Assembly: GCA_937864425.1 (NCBI GenBank)
Contig: CALMJL010000129.1
Location: 1-53,244 of the forward strand
Reading direction: 5' to 3'
Length of the DNA: 53,244 bases
Source: an uncultured Candidatus Planktophila sp.
GTDB taxonomy: Bacteria; Actinomycetota; Actinomycetes; Nanopelagicales; Nanopelagicaceae
Of the stretch, positions 50,309 through 53,244 are shown piece after piece. Both the position numbers and the translations under genes were made by a program. The first letter of the stretch is position 1. The number at the start of each line of letters is the position of its first letter. The notes beneath the pieces are model-generated. The model saw only the letters and a program-made list of their open reading frames with translations. It had not been told where the DNA came from and made no database searches.

Positions 50309-51377
50309 ACTTTCTATGTCTGCCATCACTGGAATCAAGGATGCAGAACACGAAGGATTTATCGCTGGAACTTTATATTCACAGGGTTGGAACATCACAC
50401 TTCGCGCTCTTGATTGTGATGACATTATTCAGGCGCTTACACAGGTTCGAGATCAGAAACCAATTCTTCTGCTCGCCACCGACCTAGATGGGCTAACGGT
50501 TGCACGCGTGGCAGATTTTCGCGCCCAAGGATTTACGGTTTTTCTCTTTTCGTCCCAGCCCCACCTTGCTGAGTATTCAGGGTGTATAGCTTTTCCATCG
50601 ACTGCTTTAGATGTCGTTGCGATGATTCGCGGATCACTGCGTGCACCGCTCATTCGTCCGGCACAAAATTCGATGATAAAGACAGCGCGCACCATTGCCT
50701 TTGCTTCAGCATCTCACGGATCTGGCTGCACTCTCATTGCCTCCAACATCGCCGTGGAGTTAAGCCTGCTCGGCCATAAAGTTTTGCTCGTTGATGCTCA
50801 TGCGCAGTTTCCTGCAGTTGCACAATCACTTGGCCAACGTGGCTTGAAAGATGGCTTCACTTCCATCTCTGAAAATTTGTGGGGCTATGAAATTACTCAA
50901 GACACGCTTGCAGCAGATATCACTCACCTGTATGAGGCGCAAGCACAGTATCAATTCATCATTATTGATCTTGGAACTATCCGAAATTTTGCAGCATCCC
51001 TTACGAGCAGGCGTTGGGAGACAGAAACGCTTATTTGGTCCTGCCAATCCGCCGATCGATTGATATTTGTCACCAAAGATGATCGCATTTCACTCGAGCG
51101 ATTACGTCAGGTACTCCGTGAGTGCACGCCCAATTCAATCAAGCCAAAAATTTCCTTTATTCATAATCTACGCGCACCCGGAAAGAAGAAGAGCGATTCC
51201 GATGAGTCCTTGCTGCAGAGCATTACACCAATCGCCGCAAACTCAGTGATGCAGATCGTGAAAGATTCGCGTAGTGCAGAACGCGCAGAAAGGGATTGCA
51301 CCTCACTCTATGAGGCAAACGACAAGAGCGCACTGCGTCGCGCTATCGCCGAAATTGCAGGTCTCATCGCCAAGTAA
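50301..51377 (+). CDS. MinD/ParA (CpaE/Ssd-like) P-loop protein with N-terminal receiver-like domain
   Basis: IAFASASHGSGCT (degenerate Walker A), NIAVEL..LG.KVLLVDA, IIIDLG; overlaps the SAF gene by 8 bp. Confidence 0.72.
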   Translation: MVELSMSAITGIKDAEHEGFIAGTLYSQGWNITLRALDCDDIIQALTQVRDQKPILLLATDLDGLTVARVADFRAQGFTVFLFSSQPHLAEYSGCIAFPSTALDVVAMIRGSLRAPLIRPAQNSMIKTARTIAFASASHGSGCTLIASNIAVELSLLGHKVLLVDAHAQFPAVAQSLGQRGLKDGFTSISENLWGYEITQDTLAADITHLYEAQAQYQFIIIDLGTIRNFAASLTSRRWETETLIWSCQSADRLIFVTKDDRISLERLRQVLRECTPNSIKPKISFIHNLRAPGKKKSDSDESLLQSITPIAANSVMQIVKDSRSAERAERDCTSLYEANDKSALRRAIAEIAGLIAK

Positions 51378-51396
51378 CTTCTTATAGGCTAGGCAC

Positions 51397-51786
51397 ATGC
51401 GCGGATATGCGGCAATGACTGCCCCAGAAGTCTTGGAGTTTGCGCGTACTAAAACTCTGGATGTCACCGATATTTATGCACCCACTCAATCCTTTATCGC
51501 AGCTCATACTGATTTAGATGAAGAAGAAATCGAGTATGCGCTCACAGTGGTGGCTGCAGAAGATGCGCTCGAACTTGCCGCCGCTGACGCTTCGACCGCA
51601 TGTGTTTTAGCTTTTGAGATTCCAACAGCGCTGATTTCTTCCCACAACGACATGTCAGTTTCTTTGAATGCGCCGCTAACCTGGGAATCTGTGGAATGCC
51701 TCTTTGAAGTTCATGGCGATAGCGAATCTTTGACGTGGTATGCACCCCAAGAAATCGAAAGCGCGCTTTCGACGGCGGCCAAATAG
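51397..51786 (+). CDS. DUF6912-like acidic small protein
   Basis: MRGY, DEEEIEY, LTWYAPQE motifs; -10 TAGGCT 6 nt upstream. Confidence 0.72.
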   Translation: MRGYAAMTAPEVLEFARTKTLDVTDIYAPTQSFIAAHTDLDEEEIEYALTVVAAEDALELAAADASTACVLAFEIPTALISSHNDMSVSLNAPLTWESVECLFEVHGDSESLTWYAPQEIESALSTAAK

Positions 51787-51793
51787 GTTCTCT

Positions 51794-53244
51794 ATGGCAG
51801 CCATTGAAGAGTATGTAAAGGGGCGCAGCCCGCTCGATTCAGCGCAAGTTCATAGCCTGCGTGAATTAATCGCAGATTGGCAATTGCTTTCAGATTTATC
51901 TTTTGCAGACCTCATTTTATGGGTTCCACTTCGTAAAGATTTTAAGAGTTGGCCAACTGGTTATGTTGCAGTAGCGCATATCCGGCCAACGACAGCTGCA
52001 ACTTTGTTTCCCAATGATGTATTAGGCGATGAAATTTCTTATGGAGAGCGCCCGCATATCGATCAAGCGTTAGCAGGAGCTGAGATTGTGCGCGATACCC
52101 AACCAGAACAGATGGGTGAGTATCTCGTGAAAGAAGAGACCATTCCTGTGATGGCAGATTCTCATGTGATCGGTGTGATCTCACGCCACCGCAATGCCGA
52201 ATTAATGCGCCAACCTTCACGGCTAGAACTTAATTATCGAGAAATCGCCCACAATCTTTATCGCATGATTGCCGAAGGAACTTTTCCCTATCCCGATGCC
52301 GGCTCGCTCTTTGATCCAGCGCCTCGTGTTGGTGATGGATTGATTCGCCTTGATGTCAATGGCGTTGTTTCATATGCCAGCCCCAATGCACGCTCTGCAT
52401 TAAGTCGCCTTGGTTGGATGAGTGAGTTGGAGGGACATTCACTTGGTGATGTTGCTCAGCAAGTTGCACGTGTGAAACCAGATGCACAAGAAGAGACCAT
52501 TGCAGCAGGGCTCTCTGGAAAAGCGCTGAAACGCGTTGAAATTGAAAACCAAGGTGGGACGATCGACTTTACGGTTTTGCCACTTCTGCAAAGTGGTGAT
52601 CGAATCGGTGCAATTGTGCTGCTCAACAATGTTACTGAATTACGTCGGCGCGAACGCGAATTGATTACCAAAGATGCCACTATCCGCGAAATTCACCATC
52701 GTGTAAAAAATAATCTTCAAACCGTATCGGCACTGCTTCGTTTACAAGCCCGTCGTATTGATGATGCCGGAGCTAGCGCTGCGCTCAATGAAGCAGTTCG
52801 ACGTATTGCATCGATTGCGTTGGTGCACGAAACGTTATCAAGCAGCAAAGAATCTTCGGTTGATTTCGATGATGTTCTTGGAAATCTCATCACCCATGCG
52901 TTAGAGCTGAGCCCACGAATGGGGGAGTTACAGATTGAGCGCTCTGGAAAGGTTGGTCTCTTGGATCCTAGGCTGGCAACTCCGCTCGCCCTGGTTGTGA
53001 CTGAGTTAATGCACAATGCGCTCGAACATGGTTTAGCTGAGAAAGGAACTGCCCTGGGTATTCATGCCACGGTCACGGATTCAAAGATTGCTGTCACGGT
53101 CAGCGATGATGGAGTTGGCTTACCTGCTGGCTTTGATATCGCAACTTCTCCGAATTTGGGGCTGCAGATTGTGCGCACATTGACAGAGAATGAGTTGCGT
53201 GGGCAATTAACGCTTACCTCACGAGATGGAATTACTCGTGCAGA
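51794..53244 (+). CDS. pdtaS: Cytoplasmic sensor histidine kinase PdtaS-like (GAF-PAS-HisKA_2-HATPase), truncated by the window end
   Basis: Not in the ORF track; manual translation from ATG 51794 gives DWQLLSDLSFADLILW, RPTT, APRVGDG, TKDATIREIHHRVKNNLQTVSALLRLQ, NALEHG, DDGVG, LGLQIV. Confidence 0.93.
   Translation, partial: MAAIEEYVKGRSPLDSAQVHSLRELIADWQLLSDLSFADLILWVPLRKDFKSWPTGYVAVAHIRPTTAATLFPNDVLGDEISYGERPHIDQALAGAEIVRDTQPEQMGEYLVKEETIPVMADSHVIGVISRHRNAELMRQPSRLELNYREIAHNLYRMIAEGTFPYPDAGSLFDPAPRVGDGLIRLDVNGVVSYASPNARSALSRLGWMSELEGHSLGDVAQQVARVKPDAQEETIAAGLSGKALKRVEIENQGGTIDFTVLPLLQSGDRIGAIVLLNNVTELRRRERELITKDATIREIHHRVKNNLQTVSALLRLQARRIDDAGASAALNEAVRRIASIALVHETLSSSKESSVDFDDVLGNLITHALELSPRMGELQIERSGKVGLLDPRLATPLALVVTELMHNALEHGLAEKGTALGIHATVTDSKIAVTVSDDGVGLPAGFDIATSPNLGLQIVRTLTENELRGQLTLTSRDGITRA

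Noticed and set aside
51942-53016. Minus-strand ORFs 51942-52220, 52456-52680, 52717-53016
   Set aside because: Antisense to the pdtaS-like kinase that runs from 51794 to the window end.

Overview
Gene-dense core-chromosome segment of a streamlined, moderate-GC actinobacterium. Gene content, minimal intergenic DNA and base composition fit the freshwater acI lineage (Ca. Nanopelagicales, Planktophila-like); this placement is an inference. There are about 55 CDSs, and I see no rRNA, tRNA, CRISPR array, transposase, integrase or prophage. In order: a (deoxy)nucleoside catabolism block (ALDH, deoC, phosphosugar mutase, punA); acyl-CoA carboxylase genes with birA-purK-purE; envelope genes (ugd, LCP, GT2, SpoIID); a ~19 kb block (dapD...htrA-tatB-mrp...DEAD...moeZ-mshB-cysS-fdxA-dapC) that looks circularly permuted relative to the usual actinobacterial order; then manC-whiB-GT2-DUF5719-DUF3499-manB-ahcY-mtrA-mtrB-comF-secA-Rv3235-like, a SAF/ATPase pair, and pdtaS (partial). 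About 20 genes have a TANNNT -10 hexamer 6-8 nt before the start codon (leaderless architecture), which I used to correct several starts. I found no obviously new multi-gene system. The best leads are: (i) a non-actinobacterial-type CysRS with an extra ~70-aa N-terminal domain; (ii) an archaeal/cyanobacterial-type SAH hydrolase in the native locus, behind a structured leader that can occlude its SD; (iii) a stand-alone sigma region-4 mini-protein near a locus lacking sigE-rseA; (iv) a pepA with no canonical start codon, in frame behind the DUF3117 stop; (v) a 1009-aa GT-A plus GT-C-like fusion between mannose-activation genes; (vi) a McdR/BldO-type operator in the whiB promoter; and (vii) local absence of lpqB, hpf and dapE.
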